From: the human T2T-CHM13v2.0 reference genome, Homo sapiens
Length of the DNA stretch: 64,000 nt
Reading direction: 5' to 3' (one strand)
Assembly (NCBI RefSeq): GCF_009914755.1
Contig: NC_060945.1
Shown here: piece after piece, positions 26,271-39,747 of the stretch
How the letters are laid out: every line of letters begins with the position of its first letter
How positions within the stretch are numbered: position 1 is the stretch's first letter
The notes under the pieces: generated by a model
Seen by the model: only the letters and a program-made list of their open reading frames with translations
Database searches by the model: none
Told to the model about the DNA's origin: nothing
Translations under genes and position numbers: made by a program

Positions 26271-27260
26271 GGATGCTGAGTTTCGATCCTGCATTAATAA
26301 GTTTTTGGATCTAAAAATGTAGAGGGCGTCTTACACAAATGCAAACTCATGAACCTCATATGGAGAAATCACCCTAAAATATCTAAATGTCTGTGAAATT
26401 CAACTTTTAAACTTCTCTTTGGTAATATGGAAGAAACTAACCTGAGAACACAGAAAGATAGGCTCATATCAGGCAGTGGATTTTTCTCTGGGCTTGGAGT
26501 TGGAGGCGTCTTCCCTGGGAGGGAGAAGTACATAATTCATGAGCCATGCTTATCAGACTCCAAAGGGAAAGATACAGAGGGGAACTGGATGCCTGGTTAG
26601 AAACTGATACCTCAACAGACATAAGAGGGAGCTACATGATCTCCTTATGAATAACATTGCATATTTTATAAGGGAGTAGCAATGGCTTGCCAATTTCAAT
26701 GCTAAGGTGGGTTAACGAAGTTTGACTTAGAGGTAGGCTCTGGAGACACATTCCCCACTGGGTTGCTGTTTATCAGCTTGTTTCCTTTTCACCTGCCTGA
26801 GAAGTAACCGATGAATGAAAAAGGCTATTGGCACTCCGTTCTAGAGAAGTGATTGGTTGATGGTGTGTCTGAGTTATGTGAGATGTTGTGTATCATTGTG
26901 GGAAAGAGGAAAGAAGAAAGGAAACTGAAGCTCACGTTCTGTTAGTAGTGAAACAGGGATCGAAGCTCAGCCTCCTGGGCTCAAATGTTCTTTGTTTTGT
27001 TGAAACCTCACTACTCTCACAGAGACTATAAAGGCATCAATAGCAAATACGAAAAATATTTAATGACTGGTACCAACCAGTCAAAATGGACTCCAGCTGC
27101 TTTATGGGCATATGTTGGTGAGATACCTATCCCACCCACAACCATCACCAACCAGAGTCCAAGAGATGCTTTCAAAGGTGAAACAGAAGAAGCATTGCTC
27201 AATTAAATTATAACTAATTATATTGTCCTTGTCTTCTTTGATGAAATGGCTTTGTTTCCA

Positions 27261-27555
27261 TCCAGGCACGGTAGCTCATGCCTGAAATCCCAGCCCTTTG
27301 GGAGAGGCCAAGGTAGGAGGGTCACTTGAGCTTGGGAGTTCAAAACCAGCTGGGCAGCATTGCAAAACCCCATCTCTATAAGAAATACAAAAATTAGTCA
27401 AGCATCGTGGCAAGCGCCTGTAGTCCTAGCTACTCAGGAGGCTAAAGTGAGAGGATTGCTTGAGCCTAGGAGGCAGAGGCTGCAGTGAGCTGTGATTGCG
27501 CCACTGCACTACAGCCTGGGCAACAGAGTGAGACCCTGTCTCAAAAAATTTAGAA
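27261..27555 (+). mobile_element. AluJ
   Basis: Full Alu; 16-bp TSD AAATGGCTTTGTTTCC at 27244-27259 and 27556-27571. Confidence 0.95.
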
Positions 27556-29852
27556 AAATGGCTTTGTTTCCCAGTAGATCTCTCTGAAATTATATTCTAT
27601 GTATGAAGCCATTCCTTCTTAAAACTTGTTGTAGGAAATCACTTCAACTCTGACTGTGAATGCAAAAGAAAGTAAAGGAGAATGGATATGGGGAAGGGAT
27701 GGCTTCATTTTTCTACATTTTGAGGTGGCTGACAAAACTTGCTCCTTCTTAAAGTCCTTCAGTGTCCTGAGTCAAGAGAGGAGATGCAAACATCCTTTAA
27801 CTCTCTCTTCCCATAATCTCCAGCCCCATGGTTTTATCTTTGGAGAATGTTCTCTTCTTTAAACCCTATCTCCCGTCTCCACCTGTTGCCATCTTATCCT
27901 AAAACCATTTCCAATAGGACATCCACTGCACAGCCCTCCTCATCGCCTTGCCGGGTTCTATCTACCTCTCCTTTCAGTCATGAATCAATTTCCTAATCCT
28001 GACATTTCCTAGGAGGGTAAATACATCTTAGGTGATAGTTCCCAGACAGCATCCTTAAATTTGGGGGTGTCTGATCACCTACAAGGGAAGACAATTATTT
28101 TACAACCTTTCCCTCACTGCACTCCCACCCAGTGCTGTATGTTTGTTTTTGACTAGAGTGAATTAAAATCAGTTTTGTTTGGAAGATTTCACAACACTCC
28201 TTGACATTTTTGGAGTTCCTATGGAGAAAGATTGAAGCCGGAATGAAACCTGAGGGCCTGCTGCATCGCACGTGTTTGGGGGCTTTTCTGTTTTGTTGTG
28301 CAAACTCAGTCCAGTGGGACACAGACATGACTGCTATGGGGAGGCATTTCCCTGTTTGCCAAAAAGCAATGGTGCGGAATAGTTTGAGAGACCACAAAAT
28401 TACATTTCTCTACTCAGCACTGTGAAAAATTGTCATGGAAAAATATATTACCAACTCACATCACCTGGATCCACTACAGCCAGGGAGCAAAAGAGATTTC
28501 AACCCAGTCACTAATATGTAATGGATTAATTCAACCTGAGTGTTTGTTGTGTCTTTCTGCTGTCTTTGGATTCAAACACATAATTGTCTAAATTGAGCAG
28601 TGAAGATTGCCTGGCTCCTTAGTTCTTGGGCTTCTATCCCTTTGAATTCATGTCATTCTGATTAAGGGAGAGAAGGAGGCAAGCAGGAAGTTTCCAGTTT
28701 GGGATTAAAGCATCAGCCCCAATTCTGGCCCCAGCATTTCAGGTGCATGAATACCGGCTGGTTTCTCCAGAATATCTCTGGTCTGGTCTCCACTTGAGAA
28801 GTTTGCTCTCCAAAACTCAAACCTCAATAATTATAAAAACTTACTGGAAGTGTTTTCAATATTTTTGAAGCTGAAAATATACCCATATATTTTAAACAAC
28901 CCCAAAGAGATCAAGAATGGGAAATGGCAGGGCTGGACAAGAGGCAGTCTGAAGCTGAAAGCCCAGGTGGGAAGATGCCAATGTCAAATTATTGGACAAC
29001 GATCAAATATTTGAGGCCTCCAGCAATTTGTGGAAATTATTTTAGCAGGGATAGTGGCACTAAGACAATGATTTGTTTTCTCCAAGTCTAAATGAAGAAA
29101 TTGTGTGGCTCCATGTTTCTCTTTTAATTAAGAATATAACCTTTTCTTTAAAAGAGTCTACCTGAACTACTAAGCCCACAAGACAGGGCTCTGCATGTTA
29201 AAATGTCAGGGAGTCTTGAAGACCCAAAAAACTTCTTAGTAATTGATCAGTGATAGCCAGCCTCAAATGACTTCCACATCTATAAATCGTAAGCCAGAAG
29301 GAGACACTAAAGAGAAGAACAGAAGGGTTTGTTGGGAGAGTACCACAAATAATTAAAAGTTATGGGAACAGAGAAGAAAATAAGACATGTTGATTAGAAA
29401 CATCAGGATGAATTGGCATTGATTTTGCTGTACAATAGAAAACTTGTTTCAAATTTTCTTCCAACAGATGCATAGCATGGTGAGTGAGGAATTGAATTTT
29501 ATTCCAGGTTCAAATTTAAGTTTGGAAATAAAATTTGGGAAGGTATGCCTCATTTCACAAAAACTAAACAACTTTTTGAATACTCTTACATAAGGAATCC
29601 CACAGAAATGGATCTAATTTGATTATCCAGTATCTGTAGGCTCAGAAAAATTTTTCTCTTGGATTTGAATTTTAATGCATGTTTAGCCCCTTTTTTATTC
29701 ATTTGCTGATACATTCTAATATTCTTCCTTGTGAATCTTTGCAGGTCCTGTTACAATCTGGTTGTAAGTGCTCACCTCTTTTAAAAACAACCAACATTTT
29801 CAATAAATTCCTTGAGAAAAATAATTGCTTGTTATACGGTTACAGAATATGA

Positions 29853-30290
<438 letters not shown>

Positions 30291-31357
30291 TCTACCACAT
30301 TCTTAACATGTGATTTGACTGCCTGTGGAGCTAACATTTTCCTCAGAGGGATGAGCCCACATGATCTCATGACAAGGCCGACCTGTCCTCCAGCCTGCCA
30401 GAGTGCAGGCACAACACTGGCCCTTGACACAGCTTGCAGATGGGCACGGCCTCTGGGCTGTGTCACAGCTGTTCCACTAAACCTCCCGTGAGAAACCGGT
30501 GCCCTAGAGGGTCTGTCCCCACCCTGAGCTCTCCTGGAGCCCCACCATTTAAAGGCCACACACAGCTCACTCCATTGGCCTTCTCTGTCCTTAATCCTCA
30601 ACTCAGGAGCACCTTGAATGTTAGCAGGTCCCTCCTTCCAAGCCTCAGAAGGACTTTCCTCATGGGTGCCTGTTTGCAAGGCTGGAATTTCTGCACAACT
30701 GATGATCAACTCCAGAGAGCTCCTAGTTCACTGCCCATGGCGGTTACTCCTGCCTCCAGGGCTCCCCTGGGCCCTCTGGGCAGTTACCACCTCCCATCTT
30801 ATTCTCAGCAGACACCTGGGCCCACTAGAAGATAGTGCAACCCACTAGAAGGTTAGAAGCCCCGTGAGGGATCATGATGCATGTACTGATGTCCCCAGTG
30901 CTTAGAGAGCACCCAGGATAATGATAATGCCTGGCTCATAATCTGTGCTCAACAGTGTTGTTTCCTATTGGACAAGCCCTCCTGTGCACACTTTTTCTCC
31001 TCCCACCTTCCCCTTCAGAGAAGCAGACACAGCCTCTCTCCTAGTCAGGAATGACCTCCCCCTGCCCTGTCATGCTCTTCTTCTAAAACCCTGGTCCTTC
31101 CCTTGCTTCTTTCCTAGAACCATCAATGTCATCCTCACCTTGCTCCCGGCATTGACTCCCTCTCTAATTGACACTCTATTTCTCACCTTTTCTCCTTCAC
31201 ATTCCATACCAAAAGTTGAAAAGAATAGGGTAAAGAAAAGTGCCACCACTTAAAGAAGGCATAGGTACTCTAATAAGGAATTAAGTGGAAACTTTATGGA
31301 AGAAGTGACATTGGACAATAGCTTGGAAGCATCCTTAGAATGTTTGGAGTTACTTGC

Positions 31358-31756
31358 TGATGTGGTTTGGATGTTTGTCTCCACCAAACCTCACATTTGA
31401 AATGTGATCCCCAATGTAAGAGGTGTGTGGGTCATAGGGGCGGATCCCTCATGAATGAGCCCGATCCCCTTTCCAAGGTGATGAGAGAGTTCTTGCTGAT
31501 GAGATCACATGAGATCTGGTTGCTAGAAGAGCCTGTCACCTTCTCTGCTCTCTTCTTGCTCCCTCTCTCACCATGTGACAGGAATGCTCTCCTTTGGCTT
31601 CCGCCATTAGTGGAAGCTTCCTGAGGTCTTTGACTAAAGCAGAAGCCGGCACCATGCTTGTACAGCCTGAAAAACTGTGAGCCAAATTACCTCTATTCTT
31701 TATAAATTACCCAGCCTCAGGTATTCCCTTATAACAATGCAAAATGAATGAATACA
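31358..31756 (+). mobile_element. MSTB/MSTD-type MaLR solo LTR
   Basis: TGATGTGGTTTGGATG..GGATCCCTCATGAATG..TTTATAAATTACCCAGCCTCAGGTATT..AATACA; TSD CTTGC/ATTGC. Confidence 0.88.
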
Positions 31757-31945
31757 ATTGCCAACATTATAAAAAGAGAGATTTCAGATAAAAATCAACA
31801 TTTTTGCAGGCTTCTCCTGAAAAATTAGAAGCTCTGGTAATGCCTGGCCAATATAACCACATCTTAACAGCCACAAGAAGTTCAGGAGCAACTGTTACTG
31901 TCAAGAAGGCCTTGCACCAAAGACACATGCAACACATCTCACATC

Positions 31946-32482
31946 TGTGGTCATCTGCAATGAGGAGCCATCAAGAGATACCACCCTGCCACCAAGAGGT
32001 GGAGTCAAATTCTTCTCCCCTTGAATCTGGACTAGAATTGGTGATTTGCTTGTTACCAAAAGAATGCAGGAGAAGAGATGCTGCATGACTTCTGAAGCTA
32101 GAAGAGGCAAGGCCATGCAACTTCTGCTGCTTTTCCTAGACACTTCCTCTCAGATGCCCCCTCTTGGAATCCAACCACCATGTTGTGAGGAAGCCCAAGC
32201 CATGTAGAGAGGTCATGTGTAGGTGCTCTGGCCACCAGTCCCAACCAAACTCAGGCCTTCAGTCAACCCAGTCCAGAGGTGAAGAGCCTACAGGTGAGTC
32301 CAGCTTCAACACCATCATGGATCAAATCTTGATGATCAAGACCATCACAGATCACAGACAGATGATCACTGCTGAGTCCTATTCAAATTTTTGATCCACA
32401 GAATGCAGAACATAATAAAATCATTGTTGAAGACCACTGAGTTTTGAAATTTTTTGTCACATAGTGTGAGATAACTGGAACA
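31946..32482 (+). mobile_element. MLT1F/G/H-type LTR
   Basis: CAAGAGGTGGAGTC..CCCCTTGAATCTGG, CCACCATGTTGTGAGGAAGCCCAAG; ends GATAACTGGAACA. Confidence 0.8.
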
Positions 32483-33065
32483 GCATGTCTTTATATCTTC
32501 CAGGATTTTTAGTACAAGGTCACTGGCAGAGAGGCTGCTCATTATTTTTTAACTAATTGGGTCTTAGAAAGTAGAAGGCAGTCACAAAGCGTTCACCTCT
32601 TTTTTTTCTTCTATAACAATTACATTTTAACATCTTGGGATGCAAAAAGCCAACAATCCACTAGAGAGGAGAACTATTTCCGTGGCTGGCATGTAGAAAT
32701 AACGCTTTTTAATTTTATTTACAAAAACATCATCAGCTATGCAACCTTCCTGGACAGATACCCACTCTGGCTTCTGTTTGTATAGCTGATAATTATTATT
32801 GTAAACTTGATTGTAGACTGTTTGCATTACAGGTGAAGAGAAGAAGAGTATGAACTACCACGAAACTCATTTCCCTCCGTCCTTCAATCAAATACAATGA
32901 CCTTCAGCTACTCTCACCATTCTCTACTGAAAACATCCCAACTATCTGGAAAGAACTCACCTAAAGTTCCCCAACATCAAATAAACCACGTTCCAAAAGA
33001 TTCAGAGCCAGAGAGAAACAAAACGCCCTTTGTTGATGAAGCATTTACTCATACATACATACAAG

Positions 33066-33084
33066 TGTGTATATATATATACAC

Positions 33085-33143
<59 letters not shown>

Positions 33144-33158
33144 CATATATATATATAT
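33066..33158. repeat. Compound (TA)n(TG)n(TA)n microsatellite
   Basis: About 23 TG units flanked by TA runs. Confidence 0.97.
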
Positions 33159-33369
33159 TTTTTTTGAGACAGAGTCTCTGTCACCCAGGCTGGAGTGCAG
33201 TGGTGCAATCTCGGCTCACTGCAACCTCTGACTCCCGGGTTCAAGTGATTCTCTGCCTCAGCTTCCCAAGGAGCTGGGACTACAACAGGTGCATGCCACC
33301 ATGCCTGGATAATTTTTGTATTTTTCGTAGTGAAGGGGTTTTGCCACGTTGGCCAGGCTGGTCTTGAAC
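33158..33369 (-). mobile_element. 5'-truncated AluS
   Basis: Antisense Alu ending at GGTCTTGAAC. Confidence 0.9.
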
Positions 33370-33479
33370 ATTTACTGAAACATTTTTGAAGGATTCATTG
33401 GCATCAGAATATAAAAAGGGGCGTGTGCAAAATGCCCTATATAAAAATATATATTTAAAACCTTGATTACAGACATAGT

Positions 33480-34270
33480 TCACATTCATTGCAGAAAACA
33501 TAGAGAAGCACAAAGAACAAAATTAAAATGACCTCTAACCTCAACACCTAGAGGACAGCATTGTTAACACTTAGGCCACATCCTTTCCTTTATATTTATT
33601 CATATAAATGGAACAAATGATGTTCCAAAGATCAGATCTCATTGTAACCCCTGCCCTGCATCATCATAGTGTACACATTTACCCATGTCATTAAATAGTC
33701 ATCTACAGTATAATTTTATGCATAGTATTCTGTTGTATGAATGTGTCATAATTTTGTAATTATCTCCTATTGTTGGACATTTAGGTTGTCTCCAGTTTTC
33801 CCTTACTGTCTACAGCATAGCAATAAACATCCACCCTTGTCATGTTTTCATATGTCCATGATTATTCATATGTTTTCATATATCCATGATGATTTCCTAG
33901 CTCAAGCTTGTCCAATCCATGGCCCGCAGGCCATATGCAGCCCAGGATGGCTTTGAATGCAGCCCAACACAAATTTGTAAACTTTCTTAAAACATTATGA
34001 GGTTTTTAATTTTATTTTTTATTTTTTTAGCTCATCAGTTATCATTAGTGTTAGTGTATCTTATGCGTGGTCCAGAACAATTCTTCTTCCAATGTGGCCC
34101 AGGGAAGCCCAAAGATCGGACACCCCTGTCCTAGATAAATGTCTAGAAAGGGGTTTGCTGAGTCAGAGGTATGATATCATCAAGGCTTTTGACACTTATT
34201 GCCAAATTTTCCTCCAGAATCACATTCCCCAGGCAGTGCATAGGAATTTTCATTTTACCAAACCCACACC
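33480..34270 (-). mobile_element. Old L1ME fragment interrupted by MER30
   Basis: CATAGTATTCTGTTGTATGAATGTGTCATAAT..TTGGACATTTAGGTTGT; resumes GGGTTTGCTGAGTCAGAGG..TGCCAAATT. Confidence 0.7.
33903..34128. mobile_element. MER30 (hAT-Charlie)
   Basis: GCAGCCCAGGATGGCTTTGAATGCAGCCCAACACAAATTTGTAAAC; end GGACACCCCTG; 8-bp TSD TCCTAGCT/TCCTAGAT. Confidence 0.9.
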
Positions 34271-36477
34271 AACTGGAAAACATTTCTTTATGGTCTGGGA
34301 ATCAATGGTTATAGTACCTTGGACTCAACAATAATACACCAACAGACAGCTCCCAAGCACTGAAGATGGGAGAGCAGAATAAGTCTCTGAGAATGCAGAA
34401 TGGCTCCTTTACGAAAGAGAAGACCGAGGGAAGTAAGTGATTTTTCCAATGTTATACAGACAGTCAATGGGTGTCTGTTTGACATTCGACCTGGGTGTAT
34501 TCATTGGCCTGATCAACACAATGACCAAATCTGGTCACAGTGCAGGATCAGTTAATGACTGTCCTAGGCTTACTTGACCTCCCTTTGCACCTTCCACTTT
34601 AAAGCATTGCATTTAGGCAGCTTCCCATACTGGTCTTGATGGATCATGATGACTAGAAGTTCTCTAGGACCATGAAACTGGGCTGAATCCTCTTCATCGA
34701 TGCTTATAAATGTATGTTCTGTGTCTGGTCACATTTGCTGATCATGAGCCTGTATCAGGCTCGAAAAAGGGCTAAATGGTCTGTGAGCAAGAGTGGCAGA
34801 TTCCCTGAAAAAAAAGTGCATGCCCCCATATCTCCTCAAGTTCAAGATGCATGACAAGTTGCAGACAGAGGCAGCTGGTAGAGTCTAGAGAAGCATTGAC
34901 TGTTAGTATTTATGGCCTCTGTCCCTTGAAAGCCCACTGCCTCATTTCTCACGACATAGACACTGTGGCTCATCCCTGGCCCTGTGGCATTTGGCATCCC
35001 AGACCGCCACCCATGCTTCAGGAGTTTCTTTCCTCCTCTGACTTCTGTGACATCCATATCCCTCTCCTGGCTTTTGTCTTACCTTCTTATGTCTGTTTCA
35101 ATGTCTCTACTTTTTCCTTTTAGTCTTAAATATGTGGCACAAATCTCAGGTCATGAACTCAGAAATGTTCATTATTTTAATTTTTAAAATAACCAATTTT
35201 ACATTCTGTTACAAGCTCTTACTGTGCTACATGGTGAAAACTAAAATGTTGGTGAACCCAGAGTCATCTCAGATTCTTCCTCCCTGCCCTGTTCTCCCTT
35301 CCCCTGGAATGCTGATGATTTCTGGGGGTTGGGGAGCAGGAGGCTGGCACCAGGTTACCATTCATTGTCTTCCATGCACCCTGGTGCACCCTGAGGCTTC
35401 TGTCATTCTTGTCAGGTCCCTGTCCTCAGCAATGTATGTCAACGCAGCATCCTCCCGGGGCCCTGAAAGCTTCTAAGAGCTGGCACGCTCTCTATTGCTT
35501 CTGTGCAACTTTGGGCACCTGGGAGACATCTGGCTACTCTCAGCACTGATGTGCATGCAGGGAAGTTGAAACATTATTGAATTGTCCTCCTGGACATGTA
35601 ACCCCCAGTTTTTGCTTCTCTAGTACTCATGGCTGGCATAGAGCGTAGAGACACCCTCCAAGGCTTGAGCCCTTTCAGGAATCCTCAGAAGTAGTTTTTC
35701 CTAAGAAAGATTCCCCACACTCTTCCGGCACTTCTGTCCTTCCTATTGCTGCTCTCCACCCTCCCCTTTGTACATCTCCATATCACCCCAACCTTGGCTG
35801 TATCAGATAGAAAAGTCCTAACTTTGCAATGCCCTCATTTATAGAATGGGAGAAGTTGGTGAGCAGAAAGGAATGTCTAGAATTAATGTCTAGAATTTAA
35901 AATACTACTTTTAATACTTAATATTATTTTGATGTGACTCATGAATCTATCCTCAACCGGTGACACTCTGAAATTCCAAGAGTGTCTTCACTCTGCTCTG
36001 GTCTCCCCACATCACCTCTGTAGGGTTCTATTCTCAGCAGTATCCCTAATGGATGGTGGCTCACACATGACATAGCCAGAACAGAAATCAATGTCTACCT
36101 CTCTTATTATGTGGAATAAGAATACATCCTCCACCTCCACCCTCTTGACTCCCTAAGGTCTACCCTGCCACTCTGCCACTGTCACTCAGTAATGGCTTCC
36201 TTCTCAAGTCCTGTGGCACTTACTGTCATGCGTGCACATCTCACTAAGGACAAGTTGCTCAGAATTGTAGTTCTGTGAGATATTGCGTAGGCTGTGACCT
36301 GCTAAGGGGCAGAGACCTTGTTTCCTTCACTGCTGTGTCCCCATGGCCTGTTGTAGCATTGGACACAGAGTAGGAATGCATCAAACTTTTAAAAACAAGC
36401 TTTTTAAAACATTGATGAATTCTGTTAACAGGGTTGAAGGCTCCTCAAAAGACGGGCTCGTGTCATACACGAGTCCT

Positions 36478-36535
36478 TAATATGTGTCTAATATTGAGCC
36501 TGGAGATAATATGTGTCTAATATTGAGCCTGGAGA
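36478..36535. repeat. Perfect 29-bp tandem duplication
   Basis: TAATATGTGTCTAATATTGAGCCTGGAGA x2. Confidence 0.97.
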
Positions 36536-37233
36536 AATGGAAAATGGAAAAGAAGTGAAGACTGTTTCAGGGGGCGTGCTTGTCTCCCAAAGACTTAACA
36601 GCCTTGGGATTCAAGGTATAAACACCCCAAATAACAAACAGCAAAAACTTGCTTTTGCAGCAGGAACCCCCCAAAAGGGTCTAAGCAGCTAAAGAATTGA
36701 GAGATGAGAAATCCCCACAGGGAACAATGAAATCTTCACAGACATGATGATGCTTGGGTTGGACCCTATGTCATTAGGTCCATAGTAACATCAACACACC
36801 CTTGTGGACATCCAAGGGCTTTGACCAATACTCATACTATGTCTACTTAATTTAATGCATAACTTATTAATCCCATAAGCCTATTAAATATTGTTCTAAA
36901 AATTTAAACACACCCAACTAATAAAACTTATGAATTTACAAATTTAAAAATTCCTCAGTATTTAAACATTAATTACAAACTTCTTTAATAAAATTTTTCT
37001 AATCACTCAATTCAACTCACAAGTCTAATATATTGGATTCATTTACATGCTTCAAACCATTTGGATATTATCACAATGATAATGAAACTTCATTACAGTT
37101 ACATGTAAAACAATTATAAAGTTACTAGTATTTGGTCCTGATTTTTTTCATTATATTTCTACTAATTTTTATGCTTTTCTCATCCTGAACTTGCAGTGAC
37201 TATATAAGACAAAAATTTCTATACCTTCCTAGG

Positions 37234-37616
37234 TGTATTAGTCTGTTCTTGCATTGTCATAAAGAACTACCTAAGACTGGGTAATTTATAAAGAAAAGAC
37301 GTTTAATTGGCTCACATTTCTGCAGGCTGTACAGGAAGCATGGCTGGGAGGCCTCAGGATACTTACAATCATGGTAGAAGGTGAAGGGGAAGCAGGCACA
37401 TCTTACATGGCTGGCGCAGGAGGAAGAGGGCAAAGGGGGTGGTGCCACACACTTTTAAACAACCAGATCTTGTGAGAACTCACTCATTATCACAAGAACA
37501 GCAAGGGGGAACTCCACTCCCATGATCCCATCACCTCCCACCAGGCCCCTCCTCCAATATCAGGGATTACAATTTGACATGAGATTTGGGTGGGAACACA
37601 AATCCAAACTGTATCA
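37234..37616 (-). mobile_element. MSTA solo LTR
   Basis: TGTATTAGTCTGTTCTTGC..GACTGGGTAATTTATAAAG..CAAATCCAAACTGTATCA; perfect TSD CTAGG. Confidence 0.92.
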
Positions 37617-37819
37617 CTAGGGTTATGATAATTTATCAGACCCAAAGTAAAAGCATGATCTCAGCCTAGTCAAGGAAGCAAGCTCTAGGTTTTATATCAA
37701 TTGGCTCTTCTTAGGATGTAGGGTGTACTGGCTACAACATCCAAGGAAATTTAACTCTGAACTTCTCAGCTGGGATCCTTTTCACAGTTGAATTTTGATT
37801 TCTATGCTTGCCGCATATC

Positions 37820-38255
37820 TTCTCTCTACCCTCCTACATCTGCTTGGTGCCCCTGTTCTCTGCCCTGGGAGCCTGCCCTGTGTAGATGCATGTATGGGAT
37901 CATGGAGACTCTGCCTTCTGGTTGGGTTCAGCTAGTGGGGTGCCCAACGTGAGATCAGAGGCAGGCAGGAGGTGTCAAGGGCTGGTCCCTTCCCGCAAAG
38001 TGGTTTAGGCCAGCTGTGTCCCTCACTGCTCCTCTCAAGGTGGCCTGCTGTGCGTGACCCTCCCATACCATGTTTGGGTATTTCACATTCCTTGTCTCTT
38101 CTGTATGGATTCATAACAGCGCCAACACTACTAACCCTGGTATCCTGCACCACCCCAGGAGGCTTCGCTACACTCCCTCCTATTTTTGTAATTATTCCAT
38201 CATTGAGTGATCTCGTTTTGCCATGCCACATGTTTCCTATTGGGATCCTGATGGT
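37820..38255 (+). mobile_element. Old ERVL LTR (LTR16/LTR41-like)
   Basis: CTTCTGGTTGGGTTCAGCTAGTGGG..GAGATCAGAGG; end TGCCACATGTTTCCTATTGGGATCCTGA. Confidence 0.6.
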
Positions 38256-38323
38256 GGTGAGGGGTTTAGGAGAGGCAGAGAGGTGCTCGAGTGCTCTGGA
38301 CGCCCAAGGAGTTTAACTCTGAC

Positions 38324-38342
38324 TGGCCAGCAGAGGGCAGGG
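38324..38342 (+). promoter_or_regulatory. Candidate CTCF site (forward)
   Basis: TGGCCAGCAGAGGGCAGGG closely matches the CTCF core CCASYAGRKGGCRS. Confidence 0.6.
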
Positions 38343-39519
38343 ACAGGAAGGGTGTCTCCATGCAAGCGTGCCGATTTTACAAGATGGCGTCCAGTTTGGT
38401 CAAAACAGCCCAGAAGGCTTGCCTCAGGAACAGGCCTGCTGCGGACACCCCCAGGAGTGAGGGTACAGGAGACCATGGAAAGGCATCTAAGATGACAAGC
38501 TTGGCTGGGGGACCAAGACAATCCTCAAGGTGAGAATTACAACTTCCAGCATTATTGTAGACATAGCATAAAAAACATTCATCAAACCCACTGCCAAAGG
38601 AATTGTCCTTAAATACAAGTCCGTAAACATCAAGCAGTTGCGGCAGCCTCTGCTGCTCAGCAGAGCCTGGTTCTTCGTTTCTTAAATCGGCATCATCATT
38701 ACTATTGTTGCCCAACTTCAAATGTACTGGCTTAGGTGAGTGGGTGATTTGCCGAGATCACGTCTTCATGGACTAACTGGAGAGCGAAGGCAATTATGCA
38801 GATAATTCACCCAAGAGCCTCACTTTGCTGAAGTTCGGTAATTACCTGAAGAGCTTGTTTTTCAGTGTCTCCAATGGCACACTCAGACAAAAACATTTCT
38901 GTTTTCTGGATGATGGCCTCGCTTCTTTGGCTGTGTGACTTTCGCCCCAGTGGAAAAGTGATATTCATCATATTATGGTCTGTGAGCCTGTGAAATCAAT
39001 AAACAAGGCGTCGTGATCTGGGCTGGTAACAGCTCCAACTGTGCACGGCAAAACCCCCAGAGCTGTTCATTCTCCCACCACGCAATTCCCCTCTCATTCT
39101 GTAGGCCTGAGGCCAGGGACCCAGCCTCTCTTTTGTTGCATTTCTGAGATGATGGTCTCCATTGCAAAGGTAAGTCTTTCACTGAGCTGATTTAAACAGC
39201 ATAGGAACCCCCACTGCATATCTAATGAATTAAAACCTTGAGTTCAGTGTTGGTGAGAGGTGACTGGCCACTTTGCGAAAACCAGCTCATGAGGCTGTTC
39301 CTTGGGCTCCTCAGTGTGGCCAGCACATGTGGGCAGCTGCCTGGGGGATATGATTTGGAGGACGCAAGGAAGGACCCTTGGCCTTCCACAGTGCCTGTGA
39401 TTCCACTGTTAGAGATATACTTCTTTGGCTCTTAAACTAGTGATTTCCACTTTTAAGAGCCTCATACTAAAATGTTACCTCTAAGAGAAAGGATATTTCC
39501 TTGGGACCACATGAGTGCA

Positions 39520-39715
39520 AACAATGATGGCAATGCTTGTTCTGTGCTTACAAGATCCCACTTCATCCTCAGAAGCTCTGTAGCAGGAAGGTACCATTAT
39601 CATCTCCATTTTGTAGATGCGGCATCCGAGGCACAGAAAGGTTCAGTAAGTTGCCCAAAACCACATAGAGAATAAGTGTGGGGGCCAGGACTGGACCGGG
39701 GCAATCAACCTGGAT
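39520..39715 (-). mobile_element. MIR
   Basis: ATTATCATCTCCATTTTGTAGATG..GAGGCACAGAAAGGTTCAGTAAGTTGCCCAA. Confidence 0.75.
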
Positions 39716-39747
39716 CACTGCTTCTTTCTTCTGCTTCTTGGAAGCTA

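Noticed and set aside
36830-37230. AT-rich stretch resembling an old hAT-Tip100 DNA transposon
   Set aside because: Could not identify both TIRs or a family with confidence
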